From the IMG/VR virus record IMGVR_UViG_3300023055_000005: a DNA stretch of 64,000 bases; one strand, 5' to 3'. The position numbers and the translations under genes are program-made. Of the stretch, positions 55,156-64,000 are shown in pieces. The stretch is from a virus (taxonomy: Duplodnaviria; Caudoviricetes). Below the pieces are notes generated by a model, which saw nothing but the letters and a program-made list of their open reading frames with translations, was not told where the DNA came from and did no database searches. Positions within the stretch are counted from its first letter, which is position 1. Every line of letters starts with the position of its first letter.

Positions 55156-57111
55156 TTACGCGAGTGGATTGGTGCGGAGGTTGAATTCCATGTACAGAGG
55201 CTGTCCGCCCTTCTTCGGGGTCAGGGTCATCTTGACAACAACGAGCCCATGAACACGAGTGTAGGTGGTGCCGTTTGCGGTCTGCTGCCAGCGCGCCATG
55301 CCGGGGAACCAGGCATTGTTGGGAGACGGTGCCACCGAGATGGTGACCGCCGCAGCCGTATCCGGCGTAGGCAGGGTAACGATCTGACTACCGACAACAG
55401 CGCCGTTCTGGTCCAGGAACTGCAAGATACGCGGTGCCGCCGGATCAGCACGCATGGTGCCGGACTTGATGGTCGGCTGAATACCCGCCTGACCCGAGGA
55501 GAACTCCCACGTACCGTCGTACTCGTCAAGGACCATCTGCGCATTGAACGGCTGGTTCTTGCGAGTGGACGCCATGCCGAAGACGATGAGCAGACTCTGG
55601 ACAGGCGCTACGGCCGACTTCGCCTGATCGTAGGTGTGGTAGGTGATCGACTCATTGCCAGACAGGGTATTGCGCAAGTCTGAGCGGTTGACACTTTCAC
55701 CAGCGAGTTGAATCGTTCTGCGGCCGAACGTGTACAACATCACCTTGCCGTCGTCAACGGTCTTGCCGCCCCGCAGATACAGTGCGTTGTTGGCAGGGGT
55801 GGTGTGACCCGTCATGCCCAGCATGTTCTGACGATCGCCCCATGCAGGATTCTCGTCAATGACGATACCCACCTCAGGCGTTGTACGGAACTTGTACTCC
55901 AGACGAATCGGATCGGCCGGACCTTCCTTGCGAACCATCTCCAGGACCATCTTGCCGCGGCCACGGACTCGCGTGGTGATCACAGAGTTGACAGTCTTGG
56001 AGATCGACCGCATGGCGGGAAGGGGCTCAGCGGGACCGGGGTAGAAGTCCGCCATGAGGTATCTGCCACCCTGCGCATTGGTACGCCCGGAACCCTGACG
56101 ACGCGCGGCACCGGCGGCTGCGGTGGCCGCATCCGGTACGATGAAGAAAGAGTCAGCGCGATTCGGATCAACAGCGAGCGTGTAGACGCAGGTGACCTCG
56201 TCGTAGCCATGATGGGAACTGACAGTCGTCAACTTGATGTCGTACAGATCCAACAGTTCACTGGCGGTAGCCAGAGTGGTGGTACGATCAGCATGCATGA
56301 AACCGATACTGGGGAACATGCCGCCGCGAGGCGTGTTGGTGTACGCGTCGGGTTGTTCGACGATGTACTCGCCAGTCTCCTCATCGAAGGCATGCTTGAA
56401 GTTGGTGAAGTTCCGCGTCACGTCCTGACCAGGAACCCACTTCGCAGCGCCCACGGCAAGGAAGGCTTCGAACTCACCATTATTGGCAGTGACAAAACCA
56501 CTCATCCAACCCTGTTCCTGCTGCGCAGCCGGCGGCGGCGAATAGGAACCAATGGAAAGGAACCCACGGTAGTCGCTATTGCTGTCGTAGTACACGTTGG
56601 TCAGGGTGGGCGGGCGATACGGGTAGCGGAACCCGTTGAGGTCAGTGACCAGCAGTCGAGCCGACAGAGGCATCCGCTCCAGATCCACAAAGAGATCGAA
56701 GGCGCCCGTGTAAGCCAGATTGTCGTCCTTGGCAGTGATGCGGTAGACCTCAGGGAGATCCCCGTCCTCGATGGGCGTCACTACGAACTCGTTGACGTCG
56801 AACTTCATCCCGTAGGTGTAGTTCAAGTGACAAACGATATCCGAAGGAGTGGCACCTTTGGGTACGGAGATCTCCGGGCGTCCTGCGCCGAATACAACAC
56901 CCAGGTCCAATCGGGTGTAGTCGAGATCAACAGAGTTGTTCCACGGTGCATCGGGAGCAGCGGCGAGATTGAGGGTCGTGTTGCCCTCAGCTGCGCCGTC
57001 TTCAGCAGTGCCGAAGATCAACTGCTCCTCTGCAATCGTGGTCTCGTTGGTCTCGTTGACCAAGTCAAGGACAAGCGCCTTGCTGGTTTTTGCGAGAGGA
57101 CAGACCTCCAT
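55156..57111 (-). CDS. tail paralogue (xxVCPLAK subtype) 4, with doubled C-terminal region
   Basis: Same N-domain; 651 aa; internal GKMVLEMVRKEG and terminal VKMTLTPKKG suggest two C-domains. Confidence 0.8.
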   Translation of the reverse strand: MEVCPLAKTSKALVLDLVNETNETTIAEEQLIFGTAEDGAAEGNTTLNLAAAPDAPWNNSVDLDYTRLDLGVVFGAGRPEISVPKGATPSDIVCHLNYTYGMKFDVNEFVVTPIEDGDLPEVYRITAKDDNLAYTGAFDLFVDLERMPLSARLLVTDLNGFRYPYRPPTLTNVYYDSNSDYRGFLSIGSYSPPPAAQQEQGWMSGFVTANNGEFEAFLAVGAAKWVPGQDVTRNFTNFKHAFDEETGEYIVEQPDAYTNTPRGGMFPSIGFMHADRTTTLATASELLDLYDIKLTTVSSHHGYDEVTCVYTLAVDPNRADSFFIVPDAATAAAGAARRQGSGRTNAQGGRYLMADFYPGPAEPLPAMRSISKTVNSVITTRVRGRGKMVLEMVRKEGPADPIRLEYKFRTTPEVGIVIDENPAWGDRQNMLGMTGHTTPANNALYLRGGKTVDDGKVMLYTFGRRTIQLAGESVNRSDLRNTLSGNESITYHTYDQAKSAVAPVQSLLIVFGMASTRKNQPFNAQMVLDEYDGTWEFSSGQAGIQPTIKSGTMRADPAAPRILQFLDQNGAVVGSQIVTLPTPDTAAAVTISVAPSPNNAWFPGMARWQQTANGTTYTRVHGLVVVKMTLTPKKGGQPLYMEFNLRTNPLA

Positions 57112-57126
57112 CTTTGTTTCCTCAGA

Positions 57127-58305
57127 TTACTGCGCGAAGAGCGCGGTGCGATAGATCAGTTCGATCGGCTTGGCCAGGCCTTTCTTGCGAGTTGCGGTGA
57201 GCTTGAAGGTCACCATACCCGTGCAGCAAGCCGGTCGCTGCGTCGTGCCAGGGATAGCCATGGTGGATGCTGTCAAGCTACCGAACATGCCGGTCGGCGT
57301 GTAGGGGATACCGATGGTCGCTTCATAGCCAGTGACGCCGTTCTGAATCTTCTGGACCAGGTCGATACGCTGGCCGTCAGTGAACTCGACCCGCAGCCTG
57401 GTCCCAAACCGAATGACCTTACTGCTGCGGATGACGCCGCCGCCACCATTCAAGGCGCTCACGGTCATTTCCATCGCAATGTCGTAGCCGTCGAGCAGAT
57501 GTTCAAAATTGCCCTGTTCAGCCTTGAGCCCCATGAAGAGGCTAAGTACTGGCGCGTTGCGATAGATCGTGTTGTTGTACAGTGCGCCCGTGCTTGTGCA
57601 GGTGTAGTACGGAGGGTTTGCGCTGGCGGAGTAACCAGCCGCCTGGAAGATGGCGGCGTTGTTCGTCGATGCCGACCAGCTGGAACGACCGCCCATGAAC
57701 ATTTCATCGTTCTCGGCGATTTCGAACCCATTCCGATTGCCAGTGGGCATGTGGCCAAACGCCCACGTTGCGGGCATGGTTTTGTTGTGAGAGACGACGA
57801 CGTCACCACCGGCATTGTAGCCGAAACCATTCAGATCGGTCACCGTCAGTCGAGCCGACAGGGGCATGCGATTGAGGTCTGCAAAGACATCGACCGAACC
57901 GATGTAGGCCATGTTGCCAGCTTTCGCCGTAACCTTGTAAAGTTCCGGCAGCTCACCATCCTCCTGGGGAACAACGTCGAATTCATTGACGTCAAACTTC
58001 AGGTCGTAGGTGAAATTGAGATGACAGATGAGATCGGCGGCGGTAGCACCTTTGGGCAGGGACACCTCCGCGCGCTCGTTGTGGAACAACGTGCCCAGAT
58101 CGAGACGATCGTAGGACGTATCCACAAACGAGTTCCAGGGCGCGTCAGGCGCTGCCGTGAGGCGGAGGGCAGTGTTACCGCCTTCCAGGCTCTCTTCCAC
58201 TTCGCCAAAGATCAACTGCTCTTCGGCGATATTGCTCGAATTCTCCTGGTTGACCAGATCGAGTACGAGCAGTTTGCTGGGCTTTGCCAACGGGCAAACG
58301 TCCAT
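57127..58305 (-). CDS. tail paralogue (xxVCPLAK subtype) 5
   Basis: AAGGAG before ATG58305; same N-domain. Confidence 0.8.
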   Translation of the reverse strand: MDVCPLAKPSKLLVLDLVNQENSSNIAEEQLIFGEVEESLEGGNTALRLTAAPDAPWNSFVDTSYDRLDLGTLFHNERAEVSLPKGATAADLICHLNFTYDLKFDVNEFDVVPQEDGELPELYKVTAKAGNMAYIGSVDVFADLNRMPLSARLTVTDLNGFGYNAGGDVVVSHNKTMPATWAFGHMPTGNRNGFEIAENDEMFMGGRSSWSASTNNAAIFQAAGYSASANPPYYTCTSTGALYNNTIYRNAPVLSLFMGLKAEQGNFEHLLDGYDIAMEMTVSALNGGGGVIRSSKVIRFGTRLRVEFTDGQRIDLVQKIQNGVTGYEATIGIPYTPTGMFGSLTASTMAIPGTTQRPACCTGMVTFKLTATRKKGLAKPIELIYRTALFAQ

Positions 58306-58315
58306 GGTCTTCTCC

Positions 58316-59518
58316 TTACGATGCGATGGCGTCGGTGATGATCTCAATCACCTTGGCGCGGCCGGTCTTGCGGGTCAGGGTCAGCTTGGTCTTGATCTGA
58401 CCGCGGTAGATCGACATGTTCGTCCCGTTGACAGTCGTATTGGTGACCCGCATGCCGGGGAACAGCGCTTGGTTGCTGCTGTCGGTCCGGAACTTGTAGG
58501 TGGTCTTACCCGACCCGGAGTTGCTCAGGTTGCCGATGACGACGCCGGTATCCTTGTTGACCAGACGCAGGCGCGTGGCATCGGTGGGCAGGTATTCGAC
58601 CCGGCACGTAACCTTCTTCTCGCCCGAGCCATTCGGGAACGCCGTCGTGACCTCCAGTTCGACATCGTAACCCTCCAGGATATCCTGGAACTTGTTCTGC
58701 TCGGCGGTCAGCTGGAAGCCGAAGGCAACCTGCCAGCTTCGAGCATAACCGAAGTTACTGTGCGAACCGGTGGCGGTACTGATCGGGTAGACGCCATCTG
58801 CATTCGGGTCAACGCCAGTGCCGCCGGTGGTATCCCAGCCACCCCTGGTATTGAAGGCACGCACGAACGCCACCACCTCGCCGTTCTTGGCGAAGTTGAA
58901 ACCCTTGCGGTTGTCGGCGATGCCGCTCGAAACAATGGCCGCAAAATGACCATCCGGAGCCAGGGCATTGCGTTCGAAGATGATGTTGTTCAGGGACGGC
59001 GTGTTGGCGTTCGGATAACCGAAGCCATCCAGATCCGACTTGGTCAGGCGGTCGCTCAGCGGGGAGCGGGTCAGGTCCAGGAACAACGCCACCTGGCCGA
59101 TGTAGCCCAGCGAGTTGGGCACCGCCTTCAGGACGAACTCACCGGGGATATTGTCGGCCGACGGAGCCGGGGAGATTTCCATCTCCAGGTTGGAAAGACG
59201 CGTGTCGTACTCGGCATTGATGCGCGAGATGATGTCTTCCTTGGAGGCGCCCTTGGGCACTGCCAGCTCGACCCCGCCACCGAAGTAGCGATTCAGGTCG
59301 CGGCGATGGTAGTCGACCTTGACGCTCTTGTTCCAGGGGGCATCCGGATCGGCGATGACTTCGGTACGAGTGTTGGCGTCGCTGCCTTCGATCGGTTCGG
59401 CCAGACTGTTGGGCAGGCCGAAGTCGATCTGCTCGCGCTCGATCGTACTTTCGTTTTCACTGTTGATCAGATTCAGCAACAACTTGTCGCTGGTCTGAGG
59501 CTGTTCATTTTCGCTCAT
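58316..59518 (-). CDS. tail paralogue, divergent member
   Basis: KLLLNLINSEN, DAPWN, VPKGA and SDLDGFGYP. Confidence 0.78.
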   Translation of the reverse strand: MSENEQPQTSDKLLLNLINSENESTIEREQIDFGLPNSLAEPIEGSDANTRTEVIADPDAPWNKSVKVDYHRRDLNRYFGGGVELAVPKGASKEDIISRINAEYDTRLSNLEMEISPAPSADNIPGEFVLKAVPNSLGYIGQVALFLDLTRSPLSDRLTKSDLDGFGYPNANTPSLNNIIFERNALAPDGHFAAIVSSGIADNRKGFNFAKNGEVVAFVRAFNTRGGWDTTGGTGVDPNADGVYPISTATGSHSNFGYARSWQVAFGFQLTAEQNKFQDILEGYDVELEVTTAFPNGSGEKKVTCRVEYLPTDATRLRLVNKDTGVVIGNLSNSGSGKTTYKFRTDSSNQALFPGMRVTNTTVNGTNMSIYRGQIKTKLTLTRKTGRAKVIEIITDAIAS

Positions 59519-59669
59519 TTGAACGACTCCATTAGTGGGCTGAGTGGATTGATCGTATCCCTCCTAGGACATAGGATTGGTCTTTATAAAACGACGCCAC
59601 CCAATCTTATGGCTACCACGAAAACATCAACTCATTGATGCTTTCTTTTCCCCTTAACGGAGTCCTTGC

Positions 59670-60752
59670 ATGCATAGCCAGCCTCCCTTCCCACGCGGTG
59701 GCAATCAGCCCCCTGGGAACTTTCCGGATCAAGACAGTTGGAGCGCGGCCCCGCCGGTACATGGACGTCGGCCTCCTGCACATGGTCACCACGATCCGCA
59801 CAATCATGGCCACTCGCACCCGCGCCCTGATCACCGGCACTACGAGCATTTCCCGCATCAGCATCGCCACCCTGAAGCGTGGCAGTGCCCCGAGCCGATC
59901 TTCCCGTACAACAAACCGGGCAAGCATGTCCTGATTGATCTGATCAACCGGGCCAACGAAACCGACTTCTCTCCTGATCAGCTTGAACTGAGTGCACCGG
60001 CCGCACTTGGCAACACGCTGACCCAGGTGCACATCACCCCGACGCAGAAGACCGGGTGGTGCAGCAGCGATACCTTCACCTACCATCGCATGTTGATGGA
60101 GGCGTATCTGGGCAAGACCCACATCAACCTGCATGTGGACGCCCGGATGACCAAGGAAAGCGTCGCCCAAGCCATGCGTGATCGTTACCGCATCTGGCTG
60201 GACATGGAAGACTTCGACGTGGACTTCTCCAACTGCCCGCCGAGTTGGCTGCAGCGTGGTCATTTCCTCGCGCGCCTGCGCTTCCGTCCGAACTGCCTGG
60301 TGTGGATCGGTGCAATGGAAGTGGTCCTGATCCCGGACAATCGTCTCAGTGCGATGATCTGCGTCACCGATCTTTCCGGCTTCATCTATCCAGACCATCT
60401 CGGTGGACAGGGTCGCAAGCAACTGGCCGAGTCGTACTACCAGGATTTGGAAGGCACCATCCTCTTCCAAAACCTGTTGAAGTATCGTGTCGGTGAACCG
60501 GTGCGTACCCACGACGGCAAGTGGCGCGATGGCACGCGACTGACTGGCGACTTCTGGATCTCTTCCCCGCAGGAAGTTGAGTTCAATGTCTCCGGCGCTC
60601 GCATCCTGTACAACGGTCGCAATGATGGTCCGTGGCACTGCGGCTGTGATGACTACAGCCATGTACTGGTGATCGAGCTTGGCCCGCTGTGCAAGAACCT
60701 GCGCGGCAAGCTGGTCATCCCCTACGACGTGCGTCGTGAGAAGCCTTACTAA
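59670..60752 (+). CDS. virion structural protein with His/Pro-rich N-terminal extension
   Basis: HGHHDPHNHGHSHPRPDHRHYEHFPHQHRH, then VLIDLINRAN ... TDLSGFIYP family domain. Confidence 0.7.
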   Translation: MHSQPPFPRGGNQPPGNFPDQDSWSAAPPVHGRRPPAHGHHDPHNHGHSHPRPDHRHYEHFPHQHRHPEAWQCPEPIFPYNKPGKHVLIDLINRANETDFSPDQLELSAPAALGNTLTQVHITPTQKTGWCSSDTFTYHRMLMEAYLGKTHINLHVDARMTKESVAQAMRDRYRIWLDMEDFDVDFSNCPPSWLQRGHFLARLRFRPNCLVWIGAMEVVLIPDNRLSAMICVTDLSGFIYPDHLGGQGRKQLAESYYQDLEGTILFQNLLKYRVGEPVRTHDGKWRDGTRLTGDFWISSPQEVEFNVSGARILYNGRNDGPWHCGCDDYSHVLVIELGPLCKNLRGKLVIPYDVRREKPY

Positions 60753-60827
60753 GCCTCTGTAGAGAATTACCTCTAGCACGCTATCGTATAGCGCGACTTA
60801 CGTCAAAACGAACAAAGGTATTCCCAC

Positions 60828-61688
60828 GTGAAAATCATTACCCGTACTGGCTACGGCTGCCTGCGTCAGACCGAGCTGCTGATCGGCAAGCCCTACAAGG
60901 CGCTGCCCAACAGCACACTCAACGAGAAGTTCGAAGTACAGGCCAACGTGGTCCCCGAAGCTGGCAAGATACCCTACCTTGGCTACTACAGCATCGGTCA
61001 GGGTGGTCACCGCAACGAGACCGGCGCCGATGGCTTCCCGCTGACCAGCCCGATCGACCATCGTCCCACCGACGCTGGCCTGTTCCGCTTCCTGCCGTTC
61101 GTCTTGCGTGAGCTGACCAACGACCTGGACAGCGGCGCCCGCAGTCGCTATGCGATGCGCAAGATCATCCAGGTGGATGGCCGCAACTACGTGGCGTACT
61201 ACCTGAAGAAGATCCCGATGGACTCGGTGTCCCCGGACATCTACTACAACCGTGTGGTCGATGGTCAGGTCACCACGACCCCGTTCCGTCCGGACAACAG
61301 CAACCTCAACCCGACCCCGCCGGAGATCCCCAACACCGGCACCGTCACCACCTCGGGCGACTACCTGTCCGTGTCGGCGATCCTGCCGCTGGACTTCACC
61401 GCCAACGACGTGGCCGAGCTGGTCAACGCGATCCGCATCCTGTACAAGGACGAGCGTTACGCGGTGATCTCGGAAATCGCCATGGTCACTGCATCGGCCA
61501 AGGTTGTCACCGGTCCGGGTCCGGGTAACACCACGATCCAGTACGAAGAAGCAGTGGCTGCACAGATCGCCGCCCACATGACCGGCCACTACCCGGTGGG
61601 CTTCACCAACATGGGCTTCAACCTGAAGGTGAACCTGGGCGCGACCGAGCCGATGTTCAAGCCGTCGGCTGTTACCACCGGTAACTAA
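60828..61688 (+). CDS. conserved virion (baseplate-type) structural protein
   Basis: STLNEKF, YSIGQGGH, FLPFVLR and YVAYYLK pattern recalled from phiKZ-like structural proteins; strong codon bias. Confidence 0.6.
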   Translation: MKIITRTGYGCLRQTELLIGKPYKALPNSTLNEKFEVQANVVPEAGKIPYLGYYSIGQGGHRNETGADGFPLTSPIDHRPTDAGLFRFLPFVLRELTNDLDSGARSRYAMRKIIQVDGRNYVAYYLKKIPMDSVSPDIYYNRVVDGQVTTTPFRPDNSNLNPTPPEIPNTGTVTTSGDYLSVSAILPLDFTANDVAELVNAIRILYKDERYAVISEIAMVTASAKVVTGPGPGNTTIQYEEAVAAQIAAHMTGHYPVGFTNMGFNLKVNLGATEPMFKPSAVTTGN

Positions 61689-61705
61689 TCCAGCGAGGTT
61701 CTCTT

Positions 61706-62326
61706 ATGCTGGTGATGCCGGATCGAGGTAGGGAGTACCGGGTGCTCGGAGTCGACCCCGGTGGTTTCTGTCTAGGTGCAGCAATCTTGGAGATCAACTT
61801 CGAGACCTCTACCGTTGAGGTCATCCACGCTGATACTGTCCATACCGGCAATGCTGATGTCCGATACCCCGTGTTGCATGAAGTGCACGGGGGTCGGGTT
61901 CCTCGACATCGAATGCTGGAGGACGAGATTGCTTGCCTCCTGCGCACATTCGAACCCAATGCGGTGATTTCCGAATCGCCGTTTATGCGCAAGTTTGCCA
62001 AGGTCTTCCATGCGCTGATCGAATGTGTTTACCTTCTCCGTTTCGCACTGCGACAGTTTGATGAATACATCCCGCTGTTGGCAGTGGATCCTCCATCGGT
62101 GAAGATGGCTGTGGGCGGTACTGGTAAGAGCGATAAGGACGCAATGAAGCGTCTGGTTTGCAAAGTACCTAATCTTACCTTTGCCGAGGGCATCGATTAC
62201 GATTCACTGGATGAACATTCCGTGGACGCAATTGCTATCGCCTACTGCCACTGCGCACACCTGCTAGGTTGCGCTAGAGAGGTTAAACCCAATGAAAATG
62301 CGCGACGCCGTAAAGGTCGTCGGTGA
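61706..62326 (+). CDS. ruvC: RuvC-like Holliday junction resolvase
   Basis: VLGVDPG, VISESPF, GKSDK and DEHSVDAIAIAY give the D-E-D-D catalytic pattern. Confidence 0.85.
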   Translation: MLVMPDRGREYRVLGVDPGGFCLGAAILEINFETSTVEVIHADTVHTGNADVRYPVLHEVHGGRVPRHRMLEDEIACLLRTFEPNAVISESPFMRKFAKVFHALIECVYLLRFALRQFDEYIPLLAVDPPSVKMAVGGTGKSDKDAMKRLVCKVPNLTFAEGIDYDSLDEHSVDAIAIAYCHCAHLLGCAREVKPNENARRRKGRR

Positions 62327-62765
62327 ACTGACCCTGGCGGATTTTCCCTGGGGTCAGCGCATTGTCGACTATACCAACGATTTCCTGGAAGAGGCTGAGG
62401 TCACCTTGGCCACCACGGGCGTTGAGCTGTTGGCTGAGATCGGCAAGCTGCCTGTGGAAAAGCAGGAAGCGTTGCTGGCTCTGTCGTTGAAGATTCGCAA
62501 GGTCGCCAAGAAGACCGTCAAGAAGGAAAAGAAGCACGCTGGGTTGATCGAGTCCTTGGTCAAGAACCCGCGGTTGCTGATGCTGATGTTGGTGCTCACC
62601 GCTTCGGTGGTCATCGCTTTCCTGGTCATCCTGGCGGTCAACGCATCAGCCGTGAAGAACGGCACTGCCCCGGATCAGGGATTGATCGATGCGGTGTTTA
62701 AGTTCCTGATTGAACTTGTCAAGGCATTCACGGGCTCCGGAGCTACTCCCACCCCCGCGATGTAG
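62292..62765 (+). CDS. membrane protein
   Basis: Long hydrophobic helix LLMLMLVLTASVVIAFLVILAV plus a second amphipathic segment. Confidence 0.65.
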   Translation: MKMRDAVKVVGELTLADFPWGQRIVDYTNDFLEEAEVTLATTGVELLAEIGKLPVEKQEALLALSLKIRKVAKKTVKKEKKHAGLIESLVKNPRLLMLMLVLTASVVIAFLVILAVNASAVKNGTAPDQGLIDAVFKFLIELVKAFTGSGATPTPAM

Positions 62766-62807
62766 CGCACCTTAGTCTAGCTGCGCGATAAAGATTCAGG
62801 TCATATC

Positions 62808-62837
62808 GCCCCTCCCCGAAGGGAGGGGCTTTATGCC
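62808..62837. terminator. hairpin plus TTTATGCC between convergent genes
   Basis: GCCCCTCCC-CGAA-GGGAGGGGC. Confidence 0.8.
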
Positions 62838-62838
62838 G

Positions 62839-63522
62839 TTACGGGACTTTCTTGTTGAAGGTGATCTTCAGGCGACCTTCCCTGGGGAAGGGCATGAACT
62901 CGGTCGGCACCGCCACCTGGAGGAGGCCGAACTTGGCGCGGAACGACGGATTGGTTGCAGTACCTTCCCGCATGGCGGTGGGTAAGATATCCGTGGCGTA
63001 GACCTGCGCCTCGCCGCTGTTCGGAGTGAACTCAAACTCCACATCGCTGATGGCCCAGTCGATCGTCGTGCTATCGTCAGCGTTGATGACACGATCGTTG
63101 ACCATCAGAACGAGCGTATCCCACTGTCCGGTGTTACCGCCGCCAGGAGTGGCGAGGATACGACCAATGGTAGCTGAGAGCACCTGACTGACACTGGTGG
63201 TCAACAGATACCCAAGCGGCTGATCGTTTCGGACCGTACCCGAGTAACGACGGGCAGCGTGGTAGCCGACTCGTGGAGAGCCACCATCGCTGAGACTGTC
63301 ATTGCCAACGAAGGCCTCGAAGACGATCTTGGTGAAGGGCGGACCACTGGGGGCGTCGTCGAAGATCGGAAGCATGGCGCCGTTGACCTTCTGCCAACCC
63401 TTCACGATCGACACCTGCCGACCAACCCAGTTGCCGTTTTCAAAGGACTGGGTAATGAGGGAAGGTTTCACGGTCAACATCTGCCCACTGCGCTTGGTGA
63501 GAAAGTCAATCTTCCGAGCCAT
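62839..63522 (-). CDS. hypothetical, possibly tail-associated protein
   Basis: GGAGGAG RBS before ATG63522; N-terminal KIDFLTKRSG...WVGRQVSIVKGWQK. Confidence 0.65.
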   Translation of the reverse strand: MARKIDFLTKRSGQMLTVKPSLITQSFENGNWVGRQVSIVKGWQKVNGAMLPIFDDAPSGPPFTKIVFEAFVGNDSLSDGGSPRVGYHAARRYSGTVRNDQPLGYLLTTSVSQVLSATIGRILATPGGGNTGQWDTLVLMVNDRVINADDSTTIDWAISDVEFEFTPNSGEAQVYATDILPTAMREGTATNPSFRAKFGLLQVAVPTEFMPFPREGRLKITFNKKVP

Positions 63523-64000
63523 GCTCCTCCTCCTTACCTTCGCACTGGGCAATGAAGCCGTTGGTGCGGAAGTGATCAGCCGCGGCAGCCATCAAGTCCC
63601 CACCGACCTTGTAGGGATGGTCGAATTCCAACACACCGAGCTTGCTCGGATCCCACTCGCCGGTGATGGTGGAACCACCTTCGCAGTAGGAAATCCCCTC
63701 GTAGCTGATCTTGTCGTAGACCTGCTCCAAGTTCATGTTGTCCGGCGACTGCCACACGGCACGGTGGGTGACCGCACGCACGCCTACCTTCACATCGTCC
63801 TTGGTGGAGGTGACGATACGTGCCTTGTGGCCGTTAACCCGACGAACCATCTCATCGGGGGAGACCATCGAACGCTTGCCCGGAACGACCACGGTCAGGA
63901 AGTCGGCGATGGCGATCTTCTCCAACTGTTCGATCGTGTAGTCACCATCCTTGATGAGCACACCGAACTTCGCACCATTCAGGTACGGAGTGGCGTTGAC
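63506..64000 (-). CDS. hypothetical protein (5' truncated by window edge)
   Basis: Frame stays open to base 64000 (VNATPYLNGAKFGVLIKD...). Confidence 0.7.
   Translation of the reverse strand, partial: VNATPYLNGAKFGVLIKDGDYTIEQLEKIAIADFLTVVVPGKRSMVSPDEMVRRVNGHKARIVTSTKDDVKVGVRAVTHRAVWQSPDNMNLEQVYDKISYEGISYCEGGSTITGEWDPSKLGVLEFDHPYKVGGDLMAAAADHFRTNGFIAQCEGKEEEHGSED

Noticed and set aside
3151-62837. CRISPR array or REP-like mobile repeats among the hairpins
   Set aside because: Not tandem, no repeat-spacer periodicity, variable stems, always at gene ends
1-64000. Stop-codon reassignment
   Set aside because: Core genes are full length under the standard code, and TAA, TAG and TGA all end genes at sensible positions

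Overview
This 64-kb window is a segment of a GC-rich phiKZ-like (Chimalliviridae-type) jumbo myovirus genome, not a bacterial chromosome. The right half is the conserved phiKZ core block: DnaB-like helicase, major capsid protein, non-virion RNA polymerase beta-like subunit, portal, baseplate protein, a large array of paralogous tail/baseplate structural genes and a RuvC-like resolvase. The left half (1-25.4 kb) is accessory, all on the + strand. It holds a dCTP deaminase end, a T7-type amidase, a SleB-type hydrolase lipoprotein, a CYTH enzyme, an ATP-grasp ligase, three HslV/proteasome-beta-like Ntn proteins and several small paralogue families. Intergenic DNA carries phiKZ-type early promoters (TAYATYAC), candidate TATG late promoters and a family of GGCATA/TATGCC-flanked hairpins. 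Best leads: (1) a stand-alone, extensively paired ~185-nt RNA candidate at 43167-43350; (2) a possible phage peptide-ligation/proteolysis system (Ntn peptidase, P-loop protein and ATP-grasp clustered at 11.4-16.1 kb, plus an adjacent Ntn pair at 24.0-25.3 kb); (3) a riboswitch-like leader sequestering a Shine-Dalgarno and GTG upstream of the SleB gene; (4) a ParB/Srx-like domain fused to the portal C-terminus; (5) a CYTH protein carrying head-protease-type sites. All assignments come from motifs read by eye plus recalled phiKZ gene order. No searches or folding programs were run. Several starts were moved from the ORF track to better RBS-supported codons.
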